Positions 38,751 to 49,070 of a stretch of DNA of 64,000 bases are shown in pieces (within the stretch, counting starts at the first letter, position 1; each line of letters begins with the position of its first letter). The notes under the pieces were generated by a model. It did no database searches and was not told the origin of the DNA. It saw nothing but the letters and a program-made list of their open reading frames with translations. The DNA is from Candidatus Latescibacterota bacterium. Lineage in GTDB: Bacteria > Latescibacterota > CBDEFO01. Made by a program: the position numbers and the translations under genes. The stretch spans positions 2,816,001-2,880,000 of the forward strand of contig OZ252149.1 in NCBI GenBank assembly GCA_965248755.1, in the 5' to 3' direction.

Positions 38751-41700
38751 ATGTCAGACTCGGCGGAAAAGACATATCGGGAGCTTTTGGAGAGGCTCAG
38801 GAGGTTAAGAATCAGGGAGATGAATCTCGGGGTCTCCTTCGGGACAGCTTTGTGTCTTCTGGTTGCCCTTTGTATCGGGTCGCTCTGGATGGCCGTAGAG
38901 ATCTTGTTCTATCTGCATCCAGTGGCAAAGATGCTTATGCTGTCTCTTACTGCCGGGACTGCGGGCTCTGCCTTTGTGTACTTCTCCATCTTCCAAGTCT
39001 TCAGGAAGAAGTCGCCTCAGGACATGGCTCTGAAGGTGGAATCTGTGTTCCCGAAGTTCAAGCAGACCTTGATAGGTGCACTTCAACTCTGGGACAAAAA
39101 GATAGAGAATCCAGAGGGCTATTCAATGGATATGATCGACCGGACTGTGATAAAGGCGGGAGACTTATCAAAGGATGTGGAATTTGAGAGCATCGAAAGT
39201 ACCGCAAAGATATGGAAGACAGTTGCCATCCTATCTGCTATTATAGGTTTCGTCGCCCTCTTTGTAATTCTGTTTCCGTCTCAGTTTAAGGGAGCGCTGT
39301 CCAGGACTTTTCACATCACCACCGCCTTTGCAAAGCCTCCAGAGACGTTTCTGTACGTGGAACCCGGAGATATGGAGGTTGTGAAGGGTGCGGACGCCTC
39401 TATACTCATACAGTTGGAAGGCAGACTTCCCGACCAGATCAGCGTGCTCTCCAAAGAGCCTCTGGCAAAGAGATGGAAAGAGGCAGACGTAGAGATTTCA
39501 ATGGAGGACAGCTTGTTCCAGTTGCAGCTGAAGCTGGGCTTTGTATATGCTTTTAAGGAAGTAAGCCGGACTATCGACTACTATGTCAAAGCCGGCGACG
39601 GAGAGAGTCCTGGTTTTCGAATCAATGTGATCGACCGTCCGATGGTCAACAAGATCACGGCGCAATACGAGTATCCCGCATATACGGGTGTTCCCGCCAA
39701 AGTGACAGAGGGTGGGGATCTATCGGCCCTTATCGGGACTGAAGTTGAGCTTTCTATCTGGGCGAGCAAACCCTTAAGGGGGGCCTTCCTGATCTTGGGA
39801 GATGGAACAAAGATCGAGGCTACCCTGGAAAACAGGACCGCGAGACTGGGCTTCGAGATAAAAAAGGACGACACTTATCACATCCGATTGGTGGATTTGG
39901 AGGGTCTTGATAACTCTGAGCCCATAGAATACAGTATATATGCCCTGAAGGACGAATCGCCCATAGTCAGAGTCGCCTATCCAGGGAGCGATACGGACCT
40001 TGGAGATAATATGTTACAGCCGCTTACAATAGAGGCGTCCGACGACTTCGGGATATCGAAGATGAATATCATCTGGAGACTGAACGAGGATCCGAGGCTA
40101 AGACGTTGGGAAGTACCTCTTCTCTCTGGAGGAAGGAAAGAGGTTAAAGAAGACTATGTGTGGGATCTATCGGCAATGAATCTGCTGCCTGAAGATAGGA
40201 TATACTACCGCGTTGAGGTCTATGACAACGATGAAGTCTCAGGGCCCAAAAGAGCCCAAAGCGAAGAGTTTGTCGTGAGACTTCCCTCTGTCCATGAGAT
40301 ATTGGAGGAGGTCGAAAGGACGCAGGAAGAGCAGACAATGCAGATGGAGGGGATAGCAAAGGAAAGCCGTGCAATCAAGGAGAAGTTAGAGGAGATAAAA
40401 CGTGAGCTTTTGAAGGGTGTGCAGTTAGATTGGGAGGAAAGGAAGGACATCGAGTCTCTTGTGAATAGACAGATGAGAATGGCTGAGGAGATGAACAAGC
40501 TTTCCGAGAAGATGGACGAAGTGACGGAGCAATTAGAAAAGAGCGGGTTGTCTGCGGCGGAGACTCTGCAGAAGATGGCTCAAATAAGGAAGCTTATGTC
40601 GGATGTAGCGACCCCTGAACTAATAGAGGCTATGGAAAATTTGAGGGAGTCTGTGAAAGACCTGGATCAACGGCAGATAGAGCAGGCCATGAAGGATTTT
40701 TCGATTACACAGGAGGAATTTGGCAGGAGGCTCGACCGCACTATCGCTATCTTGAAGAGACTTCAGGTGGAGCAGAAGATAGATGCCGCTATCAAGGCTG
40801 CAGAGGAGCTGACAGAAAGACAGGAAGGCGTAAACAATCAGATCAAAGAAAACAAAAAAGAAGAGTTGGCAAAGGAGGAGGAGGCGATTGCCCAAGATAC
40901 GCGAAAGCTCCAGAAGGACATAGAAGATCTGGCGGATGCCATAAGGGAAATCTCCGAGCAGAGTCAGGTCGCAGGTTTGGCTGATTCGATTTCTAAAGAG
41001 ATGGCAAGGCAGAAAATACCCTCTCATATGCTCCAGATGGCAGAGTCTTTAAGGTCGAGTGATGGCAAATCGGCTGAATTGCAGGGAGAGTGGATAGTTC
41101 AAAACCTGGTGGATCTATCCTTTGGCCTAAGAAAAATGCAGGAGTCCTTTCTGAAAAGCCAGAAAGCCGAGCTTTTCGGCGAGATCAGGAAGTCCATGCG
41201 GGACCTTCTGTATCTATCTTATCGCCAGGAGGACGTGATTGCAGACGGCAAAGATACAAAGATACAACGAGAGCTTGCAGAAGTTCAGCAGTCCCTCTTT
41301 TCGGGGACTTCCAAAATCGCTGACAGGCTCTTTGAAACATCTCAAAAGACGTTCTTCATTACCCCTTCCATAGGAAGAGCTTTAGGAGAGTCTCTGGAAG
41401 GGATGAAAGAGGCCACCTCTCTCCTTGAAAGAGGGAACGGAAAATTGGCGTCGAGCCATCAAAGGAAGGCCATGTCCTCCTTAAATGAGACGGTAAATCT
41501 CCTAAGAGGGGCGATGGGGGACATATCGTCGTCTGAATCGGGAACGGGCTTTCAGGAGATGTTAGAGAAGATGAAGGCTCTGTCGCAACAACAGCAGGGC
41601 GTAAATCAGAGGACAGAGAGCCTGTTCGGTGGGGGACAGATGGGACTTTCTCCAGAGCAGCAAGGAGCCAACAGTGCTACCATGATGGCTCAACTTCTGG

Positions 41701-42122
41701 CGGAGCAGGAGGCTATAAGAAGGGCAATCGAGGGGCTTCAAAGGGCGATGGAGCAGAAAGGGGGTCTCCTGGGAAGACTCGACAAGATGGGCAGGGAGAT
41801 CGAGGAGGTCACCAGGGACCTTGCAAGCGGAAGGATAAGCAGAAGGACTATCGAAAGGCAAAGAGACATACTCTCCAGAATGCTGGACGCCCAAAGGTCG
41901 ATATACGAGAGGAGCTACAGCAGGAAGAGACAATCTAAAGAGGGAAAGGACCCAGATTATCAGGGCTCTGGCAGTCTGCCGGAGGATCTGGGACAGAGGA
42001 GAAATCTTTTGAGAGAATATCTCCTCCAGGCCTTAAAGGAGGGCTATTCTCAAGAGTACATCAATTTAATACGAAAGTATTTTGAGTCACTATCTATAGA
42101 TCAAGTAGACGGCATACAGTAG
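38751..42122 (+). CDS. DUF4175-like large membrane-anchored protein (Ig-like domains + long coiled coil)
   Basis: N-terminal TM helices, YPAYTG, ASDDFGIS, VYDNDEVSGPK, Q/E-rich coiled coil, RQRDILSRMLDA and YFESL C-terminus. Confidence 0.8.
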   Translation: MSDSAEKTYRELLERLRRLRIREMNLGVSFGTALCLLVALCIGSLWMAVEILFYLHPVAKMLMLSLTAGTAGSAFVYFSIFQVFRKKSPQDMALKVESVFPKFKQTLIGALQLWDKKIENPEGYSMDMIDRTVIKAGDLSKDVEFESIESTAKIWKTVAILSAIIGFVALFVILFPSQFKGALSRTFHITTAFAKPPETFLYVEPGDMEVVKGADASILIQLEGRLPDQISVLSKEPLAKRWKEADVEISMEDSLFQLQLKLGFVYAFKEVSRTIDYYVKAGDGESPGFRINVIDRPMVNKITAQYEYPAYTGVPAKVTEGGDLSALIGTEVELSIWASKPLRGAFLILGDGTKIEATLENRTARLGFEIKKDDTYHIRLVDLEGLDNSEPIEYSIYALKDESPIVRVAYPGSDTDLGDNMLQPLTIEASDDFGISKMNIIWRLNEDPRLRRWEVPLLSGGRKEVKEDYVWDLSAMNLLPEDRIYYRVEVYDNDEVSGPKRAQSEEFVVRLPSVHEILEEVERTQEEQTMQMEGIAKESRAIKEKLEEIKRELLKGVQLDWEERKDIESLVNRQMRMAEEMNKLSEKMDEVTEQLEKSGLSAAETLQKMAQIRKLMSDVATPELIEAMENLRESVKDLDQRQIEQAMKDFSITQEEFGRRLDRTIAILKRLQVEQKIDAAIKAAEELTERQEGVNNQIKENKKEELAKEEEAIAQDTRKLQKDIEDLADAIREISEQSQVAGLADSISKEMARQKIPSHMLQMAESLRSSDGKSAELQGEWIVQNLVDLSFGLRKMQESFLKSQKAELFGEIRKSMRDLLYLSYRQEDVIADGKDTKIQRELAEVQQSLFSGTSKIADRLFETSQKTFFITPSIGRALGESLEGMKEATSLLERGNGKLASSHQRKAMSSLNETVNLLRGAMGDISSSESGTGFQEMLEKMKALSQQQQGVNQRTESLFGGGQMGLSPEQQGANSATMMAQLLAEQEAIRRAIEGLQRAMEQKGGLLGRLDKMGREIEEVTRDLASGRISRRTIERQRDILSRMLDAQRSIYERSYSRKRQSKEGKDPDYQGSGSLPEDLGQRRNLLREYLLQALKEGYSQEYINLIRKYFESLSIDQVDGIQ

Positions 42123-42218
42123 ACAGTGTAGCCCCGCCCATCCTCGTATCAAGTTGACAGCATGCAGACAGCGGGAGGATGTCCTACCTACTGACATTTC
42201 TGACGTTTTTCAAGGCGT

Positions 42219-44075
42219 ATGTCCTTTTTCGCTCCCTATTTTATCCCAAGAATTGCAAAGGAAACTGGAAAACATATGCAATCAGATAGCAGACAGCAAA
42301 GAGCAGATAGGTATCGAGAAGGAGCGTTCCCCTGCCTCCGATTGAATCTATCGGGGGTCTGTCTACTGGCTATTGTTTACTGTCTACTGATCTTTATGGG
42401 ATATACCAGCCTTTCCGCTGACTCCGGGGTGGACAGGCTAAACTACGCCATCTCGCTGGAGGCCCGGGGAGATCTCCAAGGGGCTTTATCTATTTATGAG
42501 GAAGGAATCAAAAAAAGGCCCAAAGATATAGGCATCAAAATCAGGCTGGCAAATGTATTATATAAGTTGGGTCGGAGGGAAGACGCTATTAAGGAATGGA
42601 ACGAGATATTGAAGATCGCTCCCGAATCCATACACACCTATTCTATGGTCGCAGAGCAGTACAGAATACGAGGGATGGCAGAGGAGGCGATAGAGGTCTA
42701 CACAAAATTGAGAGAAAAGTTCAATATGGAGAACGAATTTTCACTCCAGGTGGGAGATCTCTGGGCATCTTTGGGAAAGTACGATAGAGCCGTTCAAGAA
42801 TATATAGCCTACCTCGGCGAAGGCTCAAATTCGATGGTCTATCAGATTGTGGAGCTGAAGATATTGAATCTGGCCAGGAATCGTCAGACTGTGGACTCGG
42901 TTATGCCGGTTCTGAAAGAGGCATTGTCTACCCGGCCTGATAACGCCTCTCATCTTCGGCTCTTTGCGGTCTGGTGCGTTGCAGCGGCAAAGGCAAGGGA
43001 AGCTCTTCCCTTTTTGATCTTGAAGGAGGTAAAGGACAAACAGTGGGAGGAGATTATCTACAGGTTCGCATCGGATTGTGAAAGAAATGGCTTCAAAAAA
43101 GAGGCCATGCAGGCCTACAGCGAGCTTGCCAAAGAAGCGCCGAATTCCAAGTACTGGTCACAAGCCGAGCTTGCCGTAGGACGAATTCACGAGGCACTTG
43201 GCCTCTACGGGCAGGCGGCTGTCTCGTACACGGAACTGATAAGGAGGTATCCTCTGACCTATCAAAGCTTTGAGGCGCTCTACAGAGTTAGCGATATGCA
43301 GCTTAATGTAGAAAAAGATGTAGAAGCGGCACTTTCGTCCTTCCATCTCTTATCACAGAAATCCTATGCAGGAGCATGGAAAGAAAAAGCGCTTTTAAAG
43401 GTGGCCGAGTGTCTTATCATTCAGGATAAGATTGAAAGCTCAAAGAAAACTTATCAGCAGATTGAAACCTCGACAAAAGATGCGTCCACCAGGGAAAAGG
43501 CCCTCTTTAAGTTAGCCTATCTTGAGTATCTTTCAGGAAACTTTGAAAGGGCTCTCCAACTTTTGGAGAAGATATCTCTGGATTATCCCGGCGGGGAGAT
43601 GGTCAACGACGCCTTAGAACTGATCGTGCTTATAGAGGAGAACGCAGGAATTGAGGAGGAAAACCTGAAGGCCTTCGCCCGTGCGGAGCTTCTAAGGCTC
43701 CAGTGGAAAGAGGACGGGGCAATTGGAGTCCACCAAAAACTTATTCAGAAACATCCTACATCTAACCTTGCAGACGACGCTTTTTTGATGGTAGGGGACA
43801 TAAAGTCCGATGCAAGAGATTACTTCTCCGCTGTTGAGACTTACAGAAAGCTCTCCCTTGAGTATCCCGAGAGCAGGCTTTCCGAACATGCCCGCGTGAG
43901 GATAGGGCGCATCTTTGAGGAGAAGTTAGACGACATCCAGAGGGCGGCAAGGGAATACGAAATGTTCCTTGTAGATTACCCCGACAGTCTGCTTTCAGAT
44001 GAGGTGAGAATTAGGCTCAGATCGCTAAAGGAGAGGCTGAAGGCTCTGGAGGGGCTTAGAAAGGAGACAGGATAG
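42219..44075 (+). CDS. Exported tetratricopeptide-repeat protein
   Basis: Many TPR units, including repeated YP.S motifs (VNDALEL, LADDAF, FLVDYPDSLL); start uncertain (may be downstream). Confidence 0.85.
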   Translation: MSFFAPYFIPRIAKETGKHMQSDSRQQRADRYREGAFPCLRLNLSGVCLLAIVYCLLIFMGYTSLSADSGVDRLNYAISLEARGDLQGALSIYEEGIKKRPKDIGIKIRLANVLYKLGRREDAIKEWNEILKIAPESIHTYSMVAEQYRIRGMAEEAIEVYTKLREKFNMENEFSLQVGDLWASLGKYDRAVQEYIAYLGEGSNSMVYQIVELKILNLARNRQTVDSVMPVLKEALSTRPDNASHLRLFAVWCVAAAKAREALPFLILKEVKDKQWEEIIYRFASDCERNGFKKEAMQAYSELAKEAPNSKYWSQAELAVGRIHEALGLYGQAAVSYTELIRRYPLTYQSFEALYRVSDMQLNVEKDVEAALSSFHLLSQKSYAGAWKEKALLKVAECLIIQDKIESSKKTYQQIETSTKDASTREKALFKLAYLEYLSGNFERALQLLEKISLDYPGGEMVNDALELIVLIEENAGIEEENLKAFARAELLRLQWKEDGAIGVHQKLIQKHPTSNLADDAFLMVGDIKSDARDYFSAVETYRKLSLEYPESRLSEHARVRIGRIFEEKLDDIQRAAREYEMFLVDYPDSLLSDEVRIRLRSLKERLKALEGLRKETG

Positions 44076-44146
44076 TAGATAAGTAGATAGTAGGTAGGGG
44101 TATATCCTCTTCTCCCTGTCTACTTGTTTGAGATAAAAAATATAGT

Positions 44147-45493
44147 GTGGAAAAGAGGGTATACACCTTGAAAAAAACATCAGAAACACCAGTATCAAGT
44201 AGGCAGTGTCAAGTAGGTAGGGGATACCTCCTCCCTGTCTACTGTCTACTGTCTACTGTCTACTTGTTTATGGCTTCAGAGCTCTGGGCCCAAAAGATGC
44301 TGATATACATGGACCTGAATCAGACTGATCATCTCAAGGCGTATGGCGTCGCGTACCGGGCTTTAGAGCAGGGGATAGATGTGGAGTGGCTGTTGAACTA
44401 CCGGGGAGGATCATTTATGATAGACAGTGCAGATGAGTTGATAGCAGAGGCGAGGATAAGAGGGGTCTCCTTTTCTATGATAGGCGGAGCCGAAGCTGCC
44501 CTTGTATACGCTCAGATAGAAAGGGAGAACATGGACGTAGTGCACCTTACAAAGACTCCCAGAATAGCGGTCTATACTCCTCCCAACACTCAGCCCTGGG
44601 ACGACGCTGTGACCCTGGCTCTCACCTACGCACAGATACCGTACGATAGGGTCTGGGACGCGGAGGTGCTTACTGGAGAGCTTGAGAAATACGACTGGCT
44701 GCACCTGCACCACGAGGATTTTACAGGACAATATGGCAAGTTCTACAGCACGTACGGGAATCAGCCTTGGTACAGACAACAGCAGATCCAATACGAGGCT
44801 GTGGCCCGCCGTCTGGGATTTACTAAGGTCTCCGAGGAAAAAAAGACTGTGGCAGGGGCGATCAAAAATTACGTCATAAATGGAGGTTTCATCTTTGCAA
44901 TGTGCTCGGCGACAGATACCTTTGATATAGCTTTAGCCGCCCAAAATGCCGACATCGCCGTGGCTGTGTTCGACGGCGACCCGGCCGATCCAGACGCCCA
45001 GGAGAAGCTCGACTACTCCAGGACGGTGGCGTTTGAGAACTTCAAAATAGAGATGAATCCTTTAGTATACGAGTTCTCGGATATAGACACCACGCCCAAA
45101 AGGATGTCACAGATACGGGGCGCCGAGGCAGATTATTTCACTCTGTTTGAGTTTTCTGCAAAATACGATCCTGTCCCCACGATGCTGACTCAAAATCACA
45201 CACCTGTTGTGGACGGCTTTCTGGGACAGACTACCGCGTTTAGAAAGTCCCTCATAAAGGATTCTGTCGTGATATTGGGGGAATCTGCAGCAACAGATGA
45301 GGCTAAATATATACACGTAAATGTGGGGAAAGGGACATTTACTTTCTACGGGGGGCACGACCCGGAGGACTATCAGCACCTGGTCTATGATCCGCCCACT
45401 CAGTTGTCCTTGCACAATAATTCTCCCGGATACCGGTTGATCTTAAACAACGTACTCTTCCCGGCAGCCAAGAAGAAGGAGAGGAAGACCTAG
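44147..45493 (+). CDS. Conserved exported protein of unknown function (family often mislabelled 'asparagine synthetase B')
   Basis: QTDHLKAYG, WLLNYRGGSF, QPWDDAVTLALTYA, DWLHLHHEDFTGQYGKF, FAMCSATD, GGHDPEDYQH and SPGYRLILNNVLFPAA; start uncertain. Confidence 0.8.
   Translation: MEKRVYTLKKTSETPVSSRQCQVGRGYLLPVYCLLSTVYLFMASELWAQKMLIYMDLNQTDHLKAYGVAYRALEQGIDVEWLLNYRGGSFMIDSADELIAEARIRGVSFSMIGGAEAALVYAQIERENMDVVHLTKTPRIAVYTPPNTQPWDDAVTLALTYAQIPYDRVWDAEVLTGELEKYDWLHLHHEDFTGQYGKFYSTYGNQPWYRQQQIQYEAVARRLGFTKVSEEKKTVAGAIKNYVINGGFIFAMCSATDTFDIALAAQNADIAVAVFDGDPADPDAQEKLDYSRTVAFENFKIEMNPLVYEFSDIDTTPKRMSQIRGAEADYFTLFEFSAKYDPVPTMLTQNHTPVVDGFLGQTTAFRKSLIKDSVVILGESAATDEAKYIHVNVGKGTFTFYGGHDPEDYQHLVYDPPTQLSLHNNSPGYRLILNNVLFPAAKKKERKT
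44237..44264. repeat. Heptamer tandem repeat (CTACTGT/ACAGTAG family)
   Basis: tgtctactgtctactgtctactgtctac; related units at about 34040-34095, 38640-38665, 42100-42130, 42360-42390 and 44073-44097. Confidence 0.75.
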
Positions 45494-45515
45494 CGCTTTT
45501 TAAGTGGATAGAATA

Positions 45516-45663
45516 GAGATTGCTTCGCAGACCCTTCGCTTCGCTCTGGGCTTCCCCGATACATTCAATCGGGGACTCGCAATGACGTTGAAGTGTGCTC
45601 GTAACGATATTGCTTAGCTTCGTCCTTTGGTCATTGCGAGGGCCAAAGTCTCGAAGCAATCTC
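45516..45663. repeat. Inverted pair of REP-like GAGATTGCTTCG...CTCGCAATGAC elements with CCCCGAT palindrome
   Basis: GAGATTGCTTCG...CCCCGATACATTCAATCGGGG.CTCGCAATGAC, then GTCATTGCGAG...CGAAGCAATCTC. Confidence 0.8.
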
Positions 45664-45704
45664 CCCGTTTACTGACTGCTGTCTACTTTGAAAGGAAGGA
45701 GTCG

Positions 45705-46709
45705 ATGCAGGAAATTAGGGAAAGTCACGACTTAGAGGCTATCGAAAGATTGGAAGAGGCAAAGGACGCAATCTGTTCTGAGATCGAAAAGGTGATCGTT
45801 GGACAAAGGCAGATAATAGATCAATTGCTGATTGCTCTTTTTTCAGGCGGGCATTGCCTCATCATCGGCGTGCCCGGCCTTGCCAAGACACTGCTTATAA
45901 ATACGCTTTCTGAGATTCTGGATCTTTCGTTTAGCAGGATACAGTTCACGCCAGATATTATGCCGTCCGATATTACGGGGACGGAGGTGATTGAGGAGGA
46001 TCTGTCCCTGGGGAAAAAGACCTTCCGATTCGTAAAGGGACCTGTCTTTGCAAATGTGATATTAGCAGACGAGATAAACAGGGCGCCTCCCAAGACTCAG
46101 TCGGCTCTTCTGGAGGCTATGCAGGAGCACAAGGTTACGGCTTCGGGAAAGACAATGAAACTTTCCGAGCCGTTCTTTGTGCTTGCCACTCAAAACCCTA
46201 TAGAGCAGGAGGGCACCTATCCACTGCCCGAGGCTCAGCTGGACAGGTTCTTCTTCAGCCTCTGGATAGACTATCCTACCTTTGAGGAAGAAGAACAGGT
46301 AGTTCACAGGACCACGAGCGCATACACCTGGAATGTAAGGAAGGTAGTGAGCGGAGATGACATTATAGACATGCAAAATCTAATAAGGAGGGTTCCAGTT
46401 TCAGATCATGTGGTCAGATACGCTGTGGATTTGGTCAGAAAGACGCGACCATTTGAAAAAGACGCTCCGCCTTACGTTAAGGACATGATCAGTTGGGGGG
46501 CAGGTCCAAGGGCGTCTCAGTATCTCATACTGGGAGCAAAGGCAAAGGCTGCTCTGAACGGACGATGTTCTGTGTCCATCGAGGATGTCAAATCCATTGT
46601 GGTGCCTGTACTAAGACACAGGATAATCACCAACTTCAACGCCGAAGCAGAAGGCGTTGATACAAAAGGGATAGTAACCAGACTGTTGGAGGAGGTCCCC
46701 GATAAATAG
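45705..46709 (+). CDS. MoxR-family AAA+ ATPase
   Basis: GVPGLAKT, RIQFTPD, DEINRAPPKTQSALLEAMQE, ATQNPIEQEGTYPLPEAQLDRF and WGAGPRA; AAGGAG RBS before ATG 45705. Confidence 0.95.
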   Translation: MQEIRESHDLEAIERLEEAKDAICSEIEKVIVGQRQIIDQLLIALFSGGHCLIIGVPGLAKTLLINTLSEILDLSFSRIQFTPDIMPSDITGTEVIEEDLSLGKKTFRFVKGPVFANVILADEINRAPPKTQSALLEAMQEHKVTASGKTMKLSEPFFVLATQNPIEQEGTYPLPEAQLDRFFFSLWIDYPTFEEEEQVVHRTTSAYTWNVRKVVSGDDIIDMQNLIRRVPVSDHVVRYAVDLVRKTRPFEKDAPPYVKDMISWGAGPRASQYLILGAKAKAALNGRCSVSIEDVKSIVVPVLRHRIITNFNAEAEGVDTKGIVTRLLEEVPDK

Positions 46710-46719
46710 AAAGGTCTAT

Positions 46720-47601
46720 TTGGATTATCTGGACCCCGAGGTCGTATCCAGGCTCAGAAGTCTCGACCTTGTGGCGCGGCTGGTCGTGGAGGGATTCATA
46801 ACTGGACTTCATAAGAGCCCGTATCACGGTTTTTCGGTGGAGTTTGCCGAACACAGACAGTATATGCCGGGCGATCCTGTGAGGGACATAGACTGGAGGG
46901 CTTACGGAAAGACGGGACGCCTTTACGTAAAGAAATACGAGGAGGAGACGAACCTAAAGGCGTATATCCTTCTGGACGCAAGCGGTTCTATGGAGTTTAC
47001 CTCAGGGGGCATAACCAAGTTTAAGTACGGATGCTATCTTGCGGCCTCTTTAAGTTATCTTATGCTCAAGCAGAGGGACGCTGTGGGATTGTGCATCTTT
47101 GACAGTCGAATACGCCGCTATGTGCCTCCGCGATCTGTCGGGAGCCATCTTCACACCATACTTAAAGAGATTGACGGCGCAAAAACGGCTCATGAGACGG
47201 ATCTGGCAGGTACTCTCCACACCCTGGCTGAGAGGATAAAAAGGAGAGGCCTAGTGATAGTGATCTCCGATCTTTTGGACGATCCATCTAAGGTGTTGTC
47301 AGGATTTAAGCACTTCCGCCACAGAAAGCACGAACTGGTAATATTCCACATCCTGGACCCCAAGGAACGGGATCTGTCGTTTCCCAGGGAAGCCAGATTC
47401 GTGGATCTTGAAGGCGAAGAACAGCTAGTTACTGAGCCGTGGCACATTCAGAAGGACTACACTTCTTTGATGGACGACCTTGTGAATCGCTATCGCAGGG
47501 AATGCCGCGAAAGTCTCATAGATTATGTCCTGATAAATACGTCAGACAGGTTCGACACCGCGCTTCTGGGATATTTATCCAAAAGGAAAAGGTTAGGGTG
47601 A
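46720..47601 (+). CDS. DUF58-domain protein (MoxR partner)
   Basis: GLHKSPYHGFSVEFAEHRQYMPGD, IDW, EEETN, DASGSM and ISD. Confidence 0.93.
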   Translation: MDYLDPEVVSRLRSLDLVARLVVEGFITGLHKSPYHGFSVEFAEHRQYMPGDPVRDIDWRAYGKTGRLYVKKYEEETNLKAYILLDASGSMEFTSGGITKFKYGCYLAASLSYLMLKQRDAVGLCIFDSRIRRYVPPRSVGSHLHTILKEIDGAKTAHETDLAGTLHTLAERIKRRGLVIVISDLLDDPSKVLSGFKHFRHRKHELVIFHILDPKERDLSFPREARFVDLEGEEQLVTEPWHIQKDYTSLMDDLVNRYRRECRESLIDYVLINTSDRFDTALLGYLSKRKRLG

Positions 47602-48339
47602 TTATTCAGATTGGCTCTCGATAATAGCTCGCATAGTATCTGCCACCCACTCCACGGCGACGTCTATCATCTCCTCTCCCTTCTCTGCCGTTGCGAACTT
47701 GGCTTCCTGGTGTAAGGCTCTGTCGTGTTTTGCCTTTTCTGGATCGGAGATCGTCAGCTTGGCGTTATCGTAGTCCACTCCCTCCCAGTGGACCTGATCC
47801 GGGAAGGCCGCCAGTGCAAACGATGTCTCGAACTCACTGGCATGTCCTGGACAGTTGCCGGACTCCATCAGCCTTTCTACAAGCTCTGGGGAGTACGCTT
47901 CCCAGTATGAACAGAACTTAACATCGACCCCCAGCTTCTGGCTGAACCCATCCACCTGGTCGGCAAGTCCACTATTTCCCGCGTGACCGTTCACTATAAA
48001 TATGCTCTTTATGCCGGCCCTCTGAAGACTCTCACAGACTTCGTAAACCACGGCGAAAAACGTCTCCCTTTTCAGCGTCAAAGTACCTTTGTGATCCATC
48101 CAGTGCTCAGAGATGCCTAAAGGCACCGGGGTGGTGACTATCACATTCGGATATAATTTCTCCGCCGCCTTTACAGATACAAGGCGTGCGCTTGCAGTAT
48201 CGTGTATCATTGCCAGATGCTCGTTGTGTTGCTCGGTGCTGCCCACCGGGACTATAGCGCCCTTGATTATTCCGGCGTCAATGCCCTCTCTTGCATTCCT
48301 GCGGGTTAACTTCCACAGACGAACCTCTCCGATATCCAT
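47602..48339 (-). CDS. Creatininase/mycofactocin-peptidase family amidohydrolase
   Basis: PVGSTEQHNEHL...D, GISEHW, NGHAGN and GHASEFETS. Confidence 0.9.
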   Translation of the reverse strand: MDIGEVRLWKLTRRNAREGIDAGIIKGAIVPVGSTEQHNEHLAMIHDTASARLVSVKAAEKLYPNVIVTTPVPLGISEHWMDHKGTLTLKRETFFAVVYEVCESLQRAGIKSIFIVNGHAGNSGLADQVDGFSQKLGVDVKFCSYWEAYSPELVERLMESGNCPGHASEFETSFALAAFPDQVHWEGVDYDNAKLTISDPEKAKHDRALHQEAKFATAEKGEEMIDVAVEWVADTMRAIIESQSE

Positions 48340-48603
48340 CTTATCTCCTTTGGCTAAAACCGTAACTTTAAGCTTCCACCCGATGATCGGGTGACGGTCA
48401 TATCAGGTAAGAATATATCTAGCTCTGTTCTTAAAGTCAAGATGTTTTTGTTACTATTAGGTAGTTGGATGCAATCAAAAAAATCTTGACAGAGTGCGTT
48501 GATTTGCTTATATATCACTCTGTTATCCCTTACGGAAGAGAGTAAAAAAACCTCTAAGTTCGCTGTGACAGCTTCACAATTTCACAACAGTCTTACAAAA
48601 AGC

Positions 48604-48657
48604 TTGACAAATATACGTTAAATTGATATATTTGACTCTGTTGTGATCTCGATCACC
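48604..48657 (+). promoter_or_regulatory. Sigma70-type promoter followed by a CRP/FNR/Rex-type dyad
   Basis: TTGACA-17 nt-TATATT (48604-48632); TGTGATCTCGATCACC (48642-48657) fits TGTGA-N6-TCACA with one mismatch. Confidence 0.6.
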
Positions 48658-48659
48658 AA

Positions 48660-49070
48660 AAGTTGAGGAGAAGCGGGGTAACGTCAACTGTTAGAATCTG
48701 CGTGTCCTGCGTGGTGACTATCGTGTTTTGGGCGTTGAACTTAAGAGGTGAAATCGGGCGTACACGGGTGTTAGTGTTCACATTAAGTCGTTGCGCTCAT
48801 TGCAGCGATAGTTAGGGAAGTAAAGCGTAAAATAAAAAGCTGTAGTCTTCTGATATTAACTAGAATGGAAGGGGGTGATTGTACAGGCAGTCTCAGTTTA
48901 CTCATCGCTAAACAGCAGTGGCAAAGACATTCTCACAGATGACGGATTCTCCCAGAAAATAGCTGGATTTCACTTTAAGAATCCTGGGGGGTTTTGGGTC
49001 TGTAGAGAAATAAAGTAAATTTTCAACTTCACTTTTTCGTAAATTGTGGAGTTAAAAGAGGGAGGAACAG
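48660..49070 (+). other. Long structured 5' leader of the outer-membrane protein gene
   Basis: No substantial ORF; several hairpins, including a long stem at 48930-49009 and AACTTCAC/GTGGAGTT before the RBS. Confidence 0.45.
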
